Below are positions 30,922 through 41,073 of a stretch of 64,000 nucleotides of DNA, piece after piece (the stretch's first letter is position 1; every line of letters begins with the position of its first letter). A program made the position numbers and the translations under genes. Origin of the DNA: Candidatus Thorarchaeota archaeon. Lineage in GTDB: Archaea; Asgardarchaeota; Thorarchaeia; Thorarchaeales; Thorarchaeaceae. The stretch covers positions 1-64,000 of the forward strand of contig JBHIAE010000012.1 of assembly GCA_046758445.1 (NCBI GenBank), in the 5' to 3' direction. The notes under the pieces were generated by a model, which did not search any database, had not been told where the DNA came from, and worked only from the letters and a program-made list of their open reading frames with translations.

Positions 30922-31692
30922 CTAGGCGCTCTCAAGAAAGGCTATTGTTCGATTGAACAGCTCATCCTTGACCATCTCGTCTTGCATGATTGCGTGACCT
31001 GCTCCTTCTGCAATCCACACCTCTTTCTTCTCAGAGGAAACTCCTTCACAGATCCTCTCTGGACTGTCCCTTGATACACTCTTGTCCGCAGATCCTTGTA
31101 CCACCAGCACTGGACATGTGACTCTTCCAAGACCTTTCTTTGCACGCTTCATACCGTCACGTACAGCGAGCCCAATACTAGGGGGGATCCAATCATATCC
31201 TATCCATCCCTGTTCTACTAGACTATCCGATGGACGAGTTGGGTATCTATCAGGAATTGCACGCCTCAGGAGAGGTATCTTACTTATGACTGGCAACAAC
31301 GGTAGTAGACGACTCTTGACCGAGAGTGCAGCGGCCCATGTTACTATCCCATCAATCTCTCTGCTCTCAGATGCCAAAAACAAAGTCAGTATTCCCCCGA
31401 GGCTGTGGCCAACGACGAATATTCGATTACAGTCTTCCTTCAGCTTGTTGACACCCTCAAGGGCATTTTCAAACCAGTCATCGAACGTAATTCCGTAGAG
31501 GTCTTCCGGCTTTGTTCCGTACCCATTCAAGGCAGGCAACCAGACCGTCATTCCAGTCCTTGTGTGCAAGACCTCAGCAAACTCTTTCAAATCCCAGGTG
31601 GTTCCCCCCCCGCCCCCGTGAAGCAGAAGGCAACCTGTAGTCGTACCCTTGATGAAGAGCGGTTCTGCTCCTGGCATATACTCACTGTTCAC
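30922..31692 (-). CDS. alpha/beta hydrolase (carboxylesterase/lipase)
   Basis: GHSLG, QGSAD, GAGH. Confidence 0.88.
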   Translation of the reverse strand: MNSEYMPGAEPLFIKGTTTGCLLLHGGGGGTTWDLKEFAEVLHTRTGMTVWLPALNGYGTKPEDLYGITFDDWFENALEGVNKLKEDCNRIFVVGHSLGGILTLFLASESREIDGIVTWAAALSVKSRLLPLLPVISKIPLLRRAIPDRYPTRPSDSLVEQGWIGYDWIPPSIGLAVRDGMKRAKKGLGRVTCPVLVVQGSADKSVSRDSPERICEGVSSEKKEVWIAEGAGHAIMQDEMVKDELFNRTIAFLESA

Positions 31693-33052
31693 GCAATCCC
31701 ACTTCCGCCGGCGGAATCTCCACTTGTTTCAACAACTCGAAATCTGGATCGATATCTATGTAGCGAAGTATGAAGGCGGCAACTAGAAGGAACGGTGCGA
31801 AGACAGGACCCCACCACATCAGACCCCATAGTTCAGCACCAGTCAAAGTCACTGATAGGTTCATGAACCAACCGAGGAGCACGGATGAGGCCGCTTGGAA
31901 CACGTTCAAGGGCACACCGATGAAACCAGTGTATATCCCTGCCCGGCTCTCGCCAGTGATTATCTCGTCGACTTGGGCAATGTCGGCCGGAACGACATAG
32001 CTCATGAGGTAGTAGATGGCCATGCCAGCGCCTAGTGGTGCAAAGAGCATGATTGCGGCTGCTGTGTAGCCAATCAGTTCTCCAATTCCTCGCAAGAAGG
32101 GTGTGAGTGGTGTCAAGACAGCCAAGAGGGCTAGCCCGATCATCAGGGACTTCTTCTTACCCAGGCGCCGGATTCCTGCGAGCCACAAATAGAAGAATAC
32201 CATTGTGGATCCCAGCATGGTCAGAGCAGGCGGCATCAAAGCCTCTATCGTGTTGAGGAGAAGGACTTGCTGAATGAAACCAACCAACTGCTGAGTGATT
32301 GCTATGAATGTGAAGGAAAGGAATCCCACTGCGAGGGTCCATCCAACGAAAGTACGGTTGCTCACTGCGATTCTGGTTTCTTCTCTTAGGCTCCGCTTCA
32401 CTGGTAGGATGCCCTCTCGCTCCCTTATCACGGTCATCGATGGCATCATGAACAGAAGGGTGATGCCACAGAAGAGCAACAAGACTGTCAGCCCGGTATC
32501 ACTCAACCGCTGAATGGGTTCCGTCACAAACAACAACGAGGTCATGAATCCGAGAATGGCGCCACCAGAATCCCCTGCGAAATTGAATGTGTTCATCAGA
32601 CCGGACACAAACGATCTTTCTTCATCATCAGTGATCTCAGGGAGCCAAGCTTGGTGAGCTGTCATCGTGAAGGCGTAGAAAAACTTGAACAGACACAACA
32701 TGGTCAGGTAGTATGCAAAGACAACTAGCTCGAGGGCCGGGTCGGCTGTATCAAGGAACCAATTGGGCACGAACAGAAGAAAGCCGGAAACTACGATACC
32801 CGGTGTGCCTACGATGACAAACGGCTTTCGTCTGCCCCAGCGGGTCTTCAGGCCGTCGCTATAGTACCCGACCAACCAATGAGTGAGCCCAATGACGATA
32901 TATGATGCTGCTAGAGAGATGCCGTTCAGAAGCCAATTGAGTTCAAACCTTGTTCCGTAGACGTAGAAGACGGTTATAGTTATCATTGTCATTAGGAAGG
33001 AGGGCCCGAATCTGCCCATCGAGTAACCCACTTTCTTGTATAGTCGCAGCAT
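31682..33052 (-). CDS. MFS transporter (GPH/MelB-like)
   Basis: SDGLKTRWGRRKPF, about 12 TM; start re-called. Confidence 0.88.
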   Translation of the reverse strand: MLRLYKKVGYSMGRFGPSFLMTMITITVFYVYGTRFELNWLLNGISLAASYIVIGLTHWLVGYYSDGLKTRWGRRKPFVIVGTPGIVVSGFLLFVPNWFLDTADPALELVVFAYYLTMLCLFKFFYAFTMTAHQAWLPEITDDEERSFVSGLMNTFNFAGDSGGAILGFMTSLLFVTEPIQRLSDTGLTVLLLFCGITLLFMMPSMTVIREREGILPVKRSLREETRIAVSNRTFVGWTLAVGFLSFTFIAITQQLVGFIQQVLLLNTIEALMPPALTMLGSTMVFFYLWLAGIRRLGKKKSLMIGLALLAVLTPLTPFLRGIGELIGYTAAAIMLFAPLGAGMAIYYLMSYVVPADIAQVDEIITGESRAGIYTGFIGVPLNVFQAASSVLLGWFMNLSVTLTGAELWGLMWWGPVFAPFLLVAAFILRYIDIDPDFELLKQVEIPPAEVGLREQ

Positions 33053-33198
33053 AGTCAACACACCTAGCTCAATACCTGAGAGAAACTGGCCTGTCCTGAA
33101 CTGTGGGGTCCGATATAAGAGTGAGCCGCCTAAGAAATGTCCTGCCAAACCTATTGTCTTAAATGTCAATCTGTGTCCTGTTGCGCTGAGGCAGTCAA

Positions 33199-33378
33199 AT
33201 GACAGATAATGTCGAAAAAGTCTACAATGCTTTCGCCCAAGCCGAAAAACCCCTCAGGGCTGGAGACGTGGCGGAGATGACTGGTGTCGCAAAGCCAGAA
33301 GTGTCAAAGATCATAAAGACACTTCAAAAGGAAGGTAGGCTCACGTCTCCAAAGAGATGCTACTACGCTCTACCATAG
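33199..33378 (+). CDS. 59-aa winged-helix protein (not in the ORF track)
   Basis: MTDNVEKVYNAFAQAEKPLRAGDVAEMTGVAKPEVSKIIKTLQKEGRLTSPKRCYYALP*; RBS GAGG. Confidence 0.8.
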   Translation: MTDNVEKVYNAFAQAEKPLRAGDVAEMTGVAKPEVSKIIKTLQKEGRLTSPKRCYYALP

Positions 33379-33463
33379 ATTGACCACATGTCTGAACCAT
33401 ACTTCTGCGACGGTACCTTGCAGAAACGGCACAGTGATATCTGAGTCCCTGTTCTGCCACCAT

Positions 33464-34483
33464 ATGCACGAAGTTGAAGAACAGGGCTTCAGAGCCGAAA
33501 CCCCAATCTACTTTGACCAAGACACGAGTCTTTCCTATCTGGATGGCGTGGTAGCAGTCATCGGATACGGCAATCAAGGAAGAGCTCAAGCACAGAATCT
33601 AAGAGAGAGCGGTGTTGATGTCGTCATAGGCAACATTCATGACGGATTGTGGAACGCCGCAGTGGCTGACGGTTTTGAAGTGTTTGAGATCAAGGATGCC
33701 GTTGAGAAAGCCCGTGTTGTCCTATTTCTAGTACCTGACGAAGTACAACCTCAGGTGTTCGAGGAGAGCATATTGCCGGCATTGACACCCGATACGGTTC
33801 TGTGTTTTGCCTCTGGCTACAACATAACTTTTGGAATGATTGAGCCGCCGGACACGATCGATACGGTCCTGGTCGCACCTCGAATGATAGGCGCTGGCGT
33901 CAGACAAGCATATCTTGAGAATCGAGGATTCTATGCCTTCATGGCTGTTCACAACGACCACTCTGGCCAGGCAAGACAGATGGCACTTGCAATTGCGAAG
34001 GGGATAGGTGCCACCAAAACCGGCGGTGCCGTCCTTGAGTTAACGTTCAGGCAGGAAGCCGAGCTCGACTTATTCAACGAGCAGGCGTTCGGTCCAGCGT
34101 TCGGACAGGTCCTCACATCGGCAGTTGATGTGGCCATCGAGGCCGGCTACCCTCCAGAGGCCGTTCTTATTGAACTCTATATGTCTGGAGAGTTGGCCTA
34201 CACAATTGGGAAGATTGCAGAGATGGGTACTCTGAAGCAGCTAGAACTTCACTCTCCCTGCAGTCAGTATGGTAGTATGTCCCGAGGCATTAGGTATGCA
34301 AATCCTGAACTACGTGAGCAGATGCGTACAACCCTGACAGAGATTCAGGATGGCTCGTTCGCTCAGGAGTTCACAGAGGAATATGGCAGGAACCTAGAAA
34401 CGCTGAGGGACATGAAGGAAATGGCTCGAGACATGCCAATTGTGGTCTTGGATGAAACTGTTCGCAAAAACCTTCGCCAGTAG
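33464..34483 (+). CDS. ilvC: ketol-acid reductoisomerase family protein
   Basis: IGYGNQGRAQAQNLRESG, LVPDE, VAPR, EAELDLFNEQ, SQYG. Confidence 0.8.
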   Translation: MHEVEEQGFRAETPIYFDQDTSLSYLDGVVAVIGYGNQGRAQAQNLRESGVDVVIGNIHDGLWNAAVADGFEVFEIKDAVEKARVVLFLVPDEVQPQVFEESILPALTPDTVLCFASGYNITFGMIEPPDTIDTVLVAPRMIGAGVRQAYLENRGFYAFMAVHNDHSGQARQMALAIAKGIGATKTGGAVLELTFRQEAELDLFNEQAFGPAFGQVLTSAVDVAIEAGYPPEAVLIELYMSGELAYTIGKIAEMGTLKQLELHSPCSQYGSMSRGIRYANPELREQMRTTLTEIQDGSFAQEFTEEYGRNLETLRDMKEMARDMPIVVLDETVRKNLRQ

Positions 34484-34573
34484 AAAAAGCCTTTGCGAGT
34501 TTGGTCCTCCGGATGGAAAGGTTTGTTAGACGATATGCCACGATGGCTAGCAACCGAGTTATTGGTGATAGAT

Positions 34574-34792
34574 TTGACCTGCTATTTTAGACACATCGGA
34601 CGTCTTCTCGAGGATATAGGTGTGGAAGTTACGAAAGAGAACAAGCGTGACATTGACAGGAGGATCCACGAGCTGGTCGGCGTAGACTACAAGGACTGTC
34701 CCAAGGCTTGGAAGGCAGTGAAGCAGAGAATGGCAGAAGACGAGGATGGGTTCGTTAGTTCTCTCAGGAACGTTCTGTCTGCCTATGCATAG
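34574..34792 (+). CDS. small conserved-looking hypothetical protein
   Basis: GGTGA RBS then TTG: MTCYFRHI...DCPKAWKAVK. Confidence 0.7.
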   Translation: MTCYFRHIGRLLEDIGVEVTKENKRDIDRRIHELVGVDYKDCPKAWKAVKQRMAEDEDGFVSSLRNVLSAYA

Positions 34793-34801
34793 ACTACCAG
34801 G

Positions 34802-35593
34802 TTAGAAGGGTGGAGGGTATAGAAGCATAGCATTCAGGTATACTATACCAAAGAGAAGCAACGCTAAGATTATGACTGTGATGAGCATCTCCACAATTCT
34901 ATTCTCAGTCTTTAGATACGGCCACATGAATCCCACTTCTCGCCTATAGTCCTGATACTCGTTCTCAAAGACGTTCGATAGATGCAACTCTTCTACGATT
35001 GCTAAGACGACGTAGGCGAACAGCGTGGCAAACCACACTAGCAAGGTTTCCGTTGGACCTAGGAAGCCCATCCCGAATGTGTTGGTTATGATCCAATAGC
35101 TGCGAGTCGTGAGTGTCATGGTAAACAGTATGACGCCCAGATACTGTGGGTGTCTAACAAGACCGTAAGGGCCAGTCTTGACCAGACCTTCGTGCTTGCT
35201 CCCTCTGAGATGTAGAACTGAGTACACGACCACAGCAACACCAATTATCGCAGTGGCTAATTCCCAGACAAATCCGCCAAAGAACAGGGAGATGAGTGCC
35301 CCAAAGAAGGTCATCGGGGAAGATGTGAACATCAAAGCTAGATAGCTCAAGAGCGGAATCGTCATCAATCCTCCCCAAATTGCCATTGGTGGAATAGACT
35401 GTATGAGTGGCAGTATGGCCGCAATGACGGTGGTCACACGTGATTTGACTGCGTCAGAATTGTCAACATCAGGTTCCAACTGACCTGCTTGAACTTCAGA
35501 GGCGCGAGAAGTGCTTGGCTTAGTACTCTCAGTTGGGTCGATTGCTTCATCGTCTACCATCGCTGAAACTCCTGCGGTTTCAATTGTGGACAA
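34802..35593 (-). CDS. ICMT/PEMT-family membrane methyltransferase
   Basis: TGPYGLVRHPQYLG, EELHL...EYQDYRREV. Confidence 0.8.
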   Translation of the reverse strand: MSTIETAGVSAMVDDEAIDPTESTKPSTSRASEVQAGQLEPDVDNSDAVKSRVTTVIAAILPLIQSIPPMAIWGGLMTIPLLSYLALMFTSSPMTFFGALISLFFGGFVWELATAIIGVAVVVYSVLHLRGSKHEGLVKTGPYGLVRHPQYLGVILFTMTLTTRSYWIITNTFGMGFLGPTETLLVWFATLFAYVVLAIVEELHLSNVFENEYQDYRREVGFMWPYLKTENRIVEMLITVIILALLLFGIVYLNAMLLYPPPF

Positions 35594-35702
35594 CTGTCAA
35601 TAGTATAGTCGGCTGAGCATAACAAGTTGATTCTCAACGCATTTTGGACTGGCTTGAAACCTGAGTTCTGCCGACGAAAGTTGGTGATTCTCTTTGTGAG
35701 AA

Positions 35703-36641
35703 TCAGTTCTCTTCTGTTTCAGATACTTGAACAGTCTGTTCTTTGCCCTCAGTGAGGCGTTCTTCTCGCGCTCGAATAACCTTGTCTGAATCAACGAACC
35801 CCTTATACAAGAGCAACACACCGACGACCTCTCCCAAGTAGAGAACATTTCCGAACTCTGCTCCAGATCTAGCAATTGCTCCTGCTACAGAAATAGCAAG
35901 ACCGCCCAAGGCAATCCATAGGTTGAACTGGAATCGGGTCTTCAAGAAGGAGAGAAACGCAACGCCGATCAAAAGGATTGCTCCTGTTACTGACATGAAT
36001 GGCGAGAAGTTTCTCACATGTTGAGCCATTGCATGCCCTGCAACAGCAATCCCTGCCACGAAATTGTCTGTATTGACTTCTGCAACAGCTGCGTAGGACC
36101 CCATCCACAGCGTCATGATTACGGCAAACACCAAGTAGATGTGTCCATGAAGTATCTTCCTATCATTCTCAGTCCTATTCCTCCCTAGTAGAAACGCGGC
36201 GATAATCAGTACGGAGTAAGTACCTAGACCGGCAATGGGGTATTCCATAACTCCGAAAAGCATAGCCGAGTAGTCAGTGATTGTACTCAGTGTCATCGTC
36301 CAAGAGAAGAATCCAATTGTTCCGAGGATTATCGCATCGATAGCAAGAAGCCCTCTTGTGGAGAAGACGTTCTTCTGCAGAACCAAATACAATGCCCCAG
36401 CGCCCATCACAGCCACCTGAGATGCGGAGAGGACCAAGTAGATTCGGTAGATTTCAACACTCCACCCCACAAACTCGGATATTGTTTCGAATCCTGCTGT
36501 CACTGTGAACATGACTAGCGAAATGAACCAGATCAACTGGTAGATTCTCTTTCTACGTTGCCATTGGTTCAGTAGTAGGACAGCGAATAATGCCGAAACT
36601 ACCGTCGTTATCAGCGGAAAGACGGACATTATGGTCTGCAT
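35703..36641 (-). CDS. multi-pass membrane protein
   Basis: about 9 TM; no family recognised. Confidence 0.75.
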   Translation of the reverse strand: MQTIMSVFPLITTVVSALFAVLLLNQWQRRKRIYQLIWFISLVMFTVTAGFETISEFVGWSVEIYRIYLVLSASQVAVMGAGALYLVLQKNVFSTRGLLAIDAIILGTIGFFSWTMTLSTITDYSAMLFGVMEYPIAGLGTYSVLIIAAFLLGRNRTENDRKILHGHIYLVFAVIMTLWMGSYAAVAEVNTDNFVAGIAVAGHAMAQHVRNFSPFMSVTGAILLIGVAFLSFLKTRFQFNLWIALGGLAISVAGAIARSGAEFGNVLYLGEVVGVLLLYKGFVDSDKVIRAREERLTEGKEQTVQVSETEEN

Positions 36642-36723
36642 CTACTTGTGCACCTGGGTCCGTCCGCAACTCACAGCTTAATAAGATGTAATCACGTGTG
36701 TGTCGCAACACGGTGCTACACGA

Positions 36724-37509
36724 ATGAAGCGACAGCGGCGTCAAGAAACCCCTTCAACAGTACAGAACGACCACCAAGCTGACTTGATGCAGCAGCTTAT
36801 GAGAGTCTTCGGACTCACGGTAAACGATGCACGGATTTACCAGGCGATGCTCAAAGGAGAATCATTCACCGCACGAGAGATAAGCGAGGCAGTAGGAGTC
36901 CATCGTACGAGAGTATACGACAACCTAAGAAGACTTGAGAACAAGAAGCTGATAGCTCAGATAGATTCAGAGCCGCTTCGATTCAGTGTCCTGCTACCAA
37001 TGGAGAGTCTTGCACACAGAACGCAAATCCTAGCCGAAGAGTTCGATCAACGCATTGCTGAGGCTGAGAGTCTTGGAAGGCTTCTCACATCTCTGAGGGT
37101 TTCCAATACCAGGATTTCCAAAGAATCAGAAACAAGAATTGTACAGATTGACGAAGTAGTTTCAGTAATTCGAGATGTCCTCCAAAGTACAAAAGAAAGA
37201 GTCTGGGTGTGCAAGCGCACCGCTGGCGGCGTTGTTGATTGGTTTGCACTGGCTACCGAACTCGAGGAACTTCTCGCCTTGGGTGTTGATATCCGTTTTC
37301 TTTCGGACCGACCTATTCGAACTCGTTTTCAATCAAGGAGTTCACAGGCCATTGAATTCTCATTTGCGATCATAGATGATAAGTTAATGACATTCTCTTC
37401 TTCTGGGCAGACACTTGACACAATGATGATTGTATCTGATCAAGGCTACGTGAGATTCCTTGCTAACACGTTCATGCAATGGTGGACAACTGCCAAAGAA
37501 ATAGGGTAG
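36724..37509 (+). CDS. TrmB-family transcriptional regulator
   Basis: FGLTVNDARIY..ML..TAREIS...VHRTRVYDNLRRLENK; C-terminal FAIIDD. Confidence 0.85.
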   Translation: MKRQRRQETPSTVQNDHQADLMQQLMRVFGLTVNDARIYQAMLKGESFTAREISEAVGVHRTRVYDNLRRLENKKLIAQIDSEPLRFSVLLPMESLAHRTQILAEEFDQRIAEAESLGRLLTSLRVSNTRISKESETRIVQIDEVVSVIRDVLQSTKERVWVCKRTAGGVVDWFALATELEELLALGVDIRFLSDRPIRTRFQSRSSQAIEFSFAIIDDKLMTFSSSGQTLDTMMIVSDQGYVRFLANTFMQWWTTAKEIG

Positions 37510-37569
37510 AAGGACTCAGAAGCAGGCGGCAAGGAGTCCACCCTCTGGTTCCTTGACAGGCGAAATGAA

Positions 37570-38094
37570 TCACCCCTTGGAAACAGTGATCTCGGGTGCG
37601 ACCGGCTCAGTAAGACAATAGTAGGCTGGACATCTTTCCAATGTGATTTGGTGTATCTTTTCGACCTCCTCATCGCTCGCTTCAGTCTTAGCGGATAGGT
37701 CCAGGGTCATCTTCCTTAGAATTGGATTATCAGTCAGACCGAAGCTATTTGACATGTCTAAGTCCGCCTCGACTTTGATCGTAAGTTCCTCAAGTACAAC
37801 ATCCTCTTTAGCAGCCCATTTCGCAAACGTTGCAGCAAAGCAGGATGCAATGCCGAAAAGGCAATACTGTATCGGGTTCACTGACATCCCGCCTCCTCCA
37901 AGGAAGGAAGGTTCATCGGCGTAGAGAATTATCCTTCCATTCTCATATTTGAGTTCGGATTCAAATTGAGGCCCTTTTGCTCCCAATCTCCATACACCCT
38001 CGACTTTCAAAGACTTAAGAGCTGCTTCTGGGTCCTTCTTAGCTTCTTCAACAGTGCGGTCGAAATTGTCTAGATTGACTCTATTCACTTCCAT
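37570..38094 (-). CDS. OsmC-family protein
   Basis: ADEPSFLGGG..NPIQY.L.GIASCF...RCP. Confidence 0.88.
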   Translation of the reverse strand: MEVNRVNLDNFDRTVEEAKKDPEAALKSLKVEGVWRLGAKGPQFESELKYENGRIILYADEPSFLGGGGMSVNPIQYCLFGIASCFAATFAKWAAKEDVVLEELTIKVEADLDMSNSFGLTDNPILRKMTLDLSAKTEASDEEVEKIHQITLERCPAYYCLTEPVAPEITVSKG

Positions 38095-38326
38095 TCTATC
38101 AACCTCCAATTGCACTCTTCTTCAGCAAACTTGCATCAAGACCTCGATACCGCAGGCAGCACTCTTGCTGAAGCGACTAATAAGTTGCAATTCCTTCCAA
38201 TACACTCGATTTTGGTTAAAAAACGTACGTTATTCTTGTAGTTCCCGGAGGGAAGAAGAATCGAAGCTCTGGAGGGAGTGAACGGGATGCCGGATCTCCA
38301 TCTGGAAACATCAAAGGAAGTCTTGT

Positions 38327-38974
38327 TCAATCGTGAGTGCGCCCATACACAACAACCTGCCAAATTCCCTTCTCGTGATAGAACCGCCGCTCAAAGCCCA
38401 TATCAAGAAGAATTGACTCGACAATCTCCGGGGGATGCACAAAAGTGCGAAATGGATTTCGTTGAGCCCGAAAGTAGAGATTCTCGAGCGCAGTAGCAAT
38501 CTTTGCCCGCCAAGTATCTCGCGGATATACAACCCCGTAAATCCTTCTGGCAAGCACTGATGACGTTCTCACTAATGCGTCCACATCATGGTAACAACAG
38601 ATTACTCGGTCCAGAGTGACAATATCGCTTTCCGGAATGTCTGCCGCCTTGTCCACAAAGTTGCCATGTATGTGACTTATACGGTCGGCGTGGTTCTGGC
38701 GATTCGCTTCTTCTTTTGTAGCTTCGACATATGCCTGCGATGCTTCCGCGTTGATGCAACTACTCACACCAGCCTGAAGCAATTCGTGCTGAATGGCGCC
38801 TACTCCACCTCCAACATCCAGTAGAGTCATTCCGTCAACACCTTCTGCCTTTAGTGCGTCAATCAGAATACGAGTTGTTTCGTCTGGGCCGTCTTTGCGG
38901 TATTTCTCAAGCTCTTTTGCGGCCTTCTTCCGATCAAACTTGGACTCGATTCCCTGACATTGGCTGCAGCTCAT
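38327..38974 (-). CDS. class I SAM methyltransferase (BchM-like)
   Basis: LLDVGGGVG, DIVTLDRVICCY. Confidence 0.85.
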   Translation of the reverse strand: MSCSQCQGIESKFDRKKAAKELEKYRKDGPDETTRILIDALKAEGVDGMTLLDVGGGVGAIQHELLQAGVSSCINAEASQAYVEATKEEANRQNHADRISHIHGNFVDKAADIPESDIVTLDRVICCYHDVDALVRTSSVLARRIYGVVYPRDTWRAKIATALENLYFRAQRNPFRTFVHPPEIVESILLDMGFERRFYHEKGIWQVVVYGRTHD

Positions 38975-39107
38975 GTCTACGCTCCACTCTAGAGTACGAT
39001 TCTCAATTGGTGTATTCCAGTGGATAGGCTTGAATCCTTTTGCCTCTTGTGGAAGAGCCTAACTTGAGTGCTAGGATTCGATGGGGCTCATAACACAGAA
39101 ATGCAGA

Positions 39108-39980
39108 CTACTCAATGAATTCAGCGACTCCGCGCGTGAGTACCGGAACCCCTTTTGCATCCCTTGTTTCGAAATGAACAACTTGAATTCCTGCTTCTTT
39201 GGTTCCAGCATCATAGACCTCAGTCGTCACGGTCTGGCCCATGAGTACCGGTCTTGAGAAGCGAACCTTCATCCTCTTTAGCTGTCTTGGATCTCCTCCA
39301 AGGAGTTTGTCCACAATCGTTTGCGATGCAAGAGCCATCGTACATAGACCATGGAGGATAGCACTAGGAATTCCGACGCTTCTGGCAATCTCATCACTGA
39401 TGTGGATTGGATTGTGGTCACCTGAAGCCTCCGCGTATCTCACACCTTGATCATCACTGACCATGACTGCCCCTTCAGCTAGTTTCTTTCTCTGTTCGCC
39501 CGCAACTGGTGGCTGACCAGGTTTCTTCTCACCTTGTTTCTTCTTGCCTCTGACCATCAACCGATATTGCATCTCAACGACAGTCGTCCCCTCTCGTGTA
39601 CACTGTATCTGGAGGTCCAAGATGTCATTAACTCCCCTTCGCTCCATGTTGACAATCTTGGCCTTAGAGAGAATCTGGTCTCCCGGCCTGACTGTGCCTC
39701 GCCACTCCATCTCGTGTTCTGCGTGGACCACTCTCAACATGTCGAGGCCCATTCCTTCAGCGTCATCTACGAGTTGACTAAGTAATTCGGGCAGGAACAC
39801 AACTGGATAGAGAGGGGGTGGAACTAATCCTTCCGGAGACTCTCTGTCAGTGTAGAGTGGATTCTTCTCATTTGTAGCCAGAGCATACTTCACAATACTC
39901 TCTGTTTCAACCAGCTTGGGACTGCTGCTGTACTCCTTTCCAATGTAAGTCCGATCCAGAATTACAGGGTCCTCGGACAT
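39108..39980 (-). CDS. MaoC-family double hot-dog dehydratase
   Basis: YAEASGDHNPIH, ILHGLCT, VRFSRPV. Confidence 0.9.
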   Translation of the reverse strand: MSEDPVILDRTYIGKEYSSSPKLVETESIVKYALATNEKNPLYTDRESPEGLVPPPLYPVVFLPELLSQLVDDAEGMGLDMLRVVHAEHEMEWRGTVRPGDQILSKAKIVNMERRGVNDILDLQIQCTREGTTVVEMQYRLMVRGKKKQGEKKPGQPPVAGEQRKKLAEGAVMVSDDQGVRYAEASGDHNPIHISDEIARSVGIPSAILHGLCTMALASQTIVDKLLGGDPRQLKRMKVRFSRPVLMGQTVTTEVYDAGTKEAGIQVVHFETRDAKGVPVLTRGVAEFIE

Positions 39981-40130
39981 GTTGCGCCACCTTTGAGGAT
40001 GAATCTCGTGATGCCCATTTGAGATGAAGCATCATTATGAATCCTGTCAGGTGAAGCCTCTAATCAGTCTATTCTTCCGGAAGAATCACTTTTGGCTAGA
40101 ACTGGGTGCACTTCTGGTTTGGTCACTTCT

Positions 40131-40610
40131 CTAGCCTGGGAGCCACTTTCGTACTTCTTTCTGATACTCTATATATTCCCCACCAAACCTCTCCTTGAGC
40201 AACCTCTCCTCGTAACTGGCCATGACATCATAGGCGACGAAGATGAAAAGCCAGACGGCAAGGGCGGCAAGTGAAAGCGTCACTGTCGCCAGTGCAAGAT
40301 AGACCAAGACCATTCCCAAATACATCGGATGACGTACGCGTGAGTATACGCCTCCAGTTGAAACTCCGGTCTCATGAGATTCAAAGAGGGTCTTTTGAGA
40401 TGCATTGATGAAATAAGCCGCCGCAGCGAAGATGGCAATGGCAGTCAAAATAGGAATCCAGATTGGAATCAAGTCCCAGAGGACTGTCGTGAAACGCAGG
40501 ACAAACGAGTCTACAATCCAGACTGTCAGAAACACAACGATGAGAATCATCTGATAGGTGTGGTTTCCCGGCATCTCTCCTGTGAAGTGCTCATGATTAC
40601 GATCGGTCAT
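40131..40610 (-). CDS. ICMT-family membrane methyltransferase
   Basis: GVYSRVRHPMYLG, EERLLKERFGGEYIEY. Confidence 0.85.
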   Translation of the reverse strand: MTDRNHEHFTGEMPGNHTYQMILIVVFLTVWIVDSFVLRFTTVLWDLIPIWIPILTAIAIFAAAAYFINASQKTLFESHETGVSTGGVYSRVRHPMYLGMVLVYLALATVTLSLAALAVWLFIFVAYDVMASYEERLLKERFGGEYIEYQKEVRKWLPG

Positions 40611-40629
40611 TACACTTCACCCGGTTGTT

Positions 40630-41028
40630 TCAATCTCTTCCCGACCTGAAATCCAAAGCGACTGAGTTTATGCAATACCTCAGACCTGTCGGATTAGGAC
40701 CGTCATCGAAGACATGGCCTAGATGCCCGCCACACTTCTTACAGACTACCTCCGTTCTTCGCATTCCGTGGCTATTGTCCGGTCTCATTTCTACGCTGTC
40801 CTTTGACATCTTCTCCCAGAAGCTTGGCCAACCACTCCGGGAATCGAACTTAGTGTCCGATGAGAACAACTCATTGCCGCAACCTGCACAAACGTAGATT
40901 CCATCTTCTTTATGGTGAACGTACTTGCCACTAAAGGGAGGCTCGGTTCCACACTGTCTGAGAACGTTGAACTCTTCAGGTGACAGGGTCAACCTCCATT
41001 CTTCTTCAGATTTCTCCATTGTACCCAC
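40630..41028 (-). CDS. msrB: peptide-methionine (R)-S-oxide reductase
   Basis: GTEPPF, CAGC, SGWPSF, CKKCGGHLGHVF.DGP..TGLRYCINS. Confidence 0.95.
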   Translation of the reverse strand: MGTMEKSEEEWRLTLSPEEFNVLRQCGTEPPFSGKYVHHKEDGIYVCAGCGNELFSSDTKFDSRSGWPSFWEKMSKDSVEMRPDNSHGMRRTEVVCKKCGGHLGHVFDDGPNPTGLRYCINSVALDFRSGRD

Positions 41029-41073
41029 TGAGTTAACGATAGTATATACCTACATAACTTCTTGGGAAGCGCA

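Noticed and set aside
31600-31620. Poly-G tract (HGGGGG) as a phase-variation site
   Set aside because: The frame is intact and the tract encodes the oxyanion-loop glycines; no evidence of slippage.
38327-38974. bchM / chlorophyll synthesis
   Set aside because: Only a generic methyltransferase resemblance; no tetrapyrrole pathway genes nearby.
34802-40610. ICMT-family genes as a Rab prenyl-methylation system
   Set aside because: The family is widespread in prokaryotes, and the Rab-like protein lacks a C-terminal Cys motif.
40630-41028. MsrB as a selenoprotein
   Set aside because: Catalytic motif is RYCINS with a normal Cys codon; no internal TGA.
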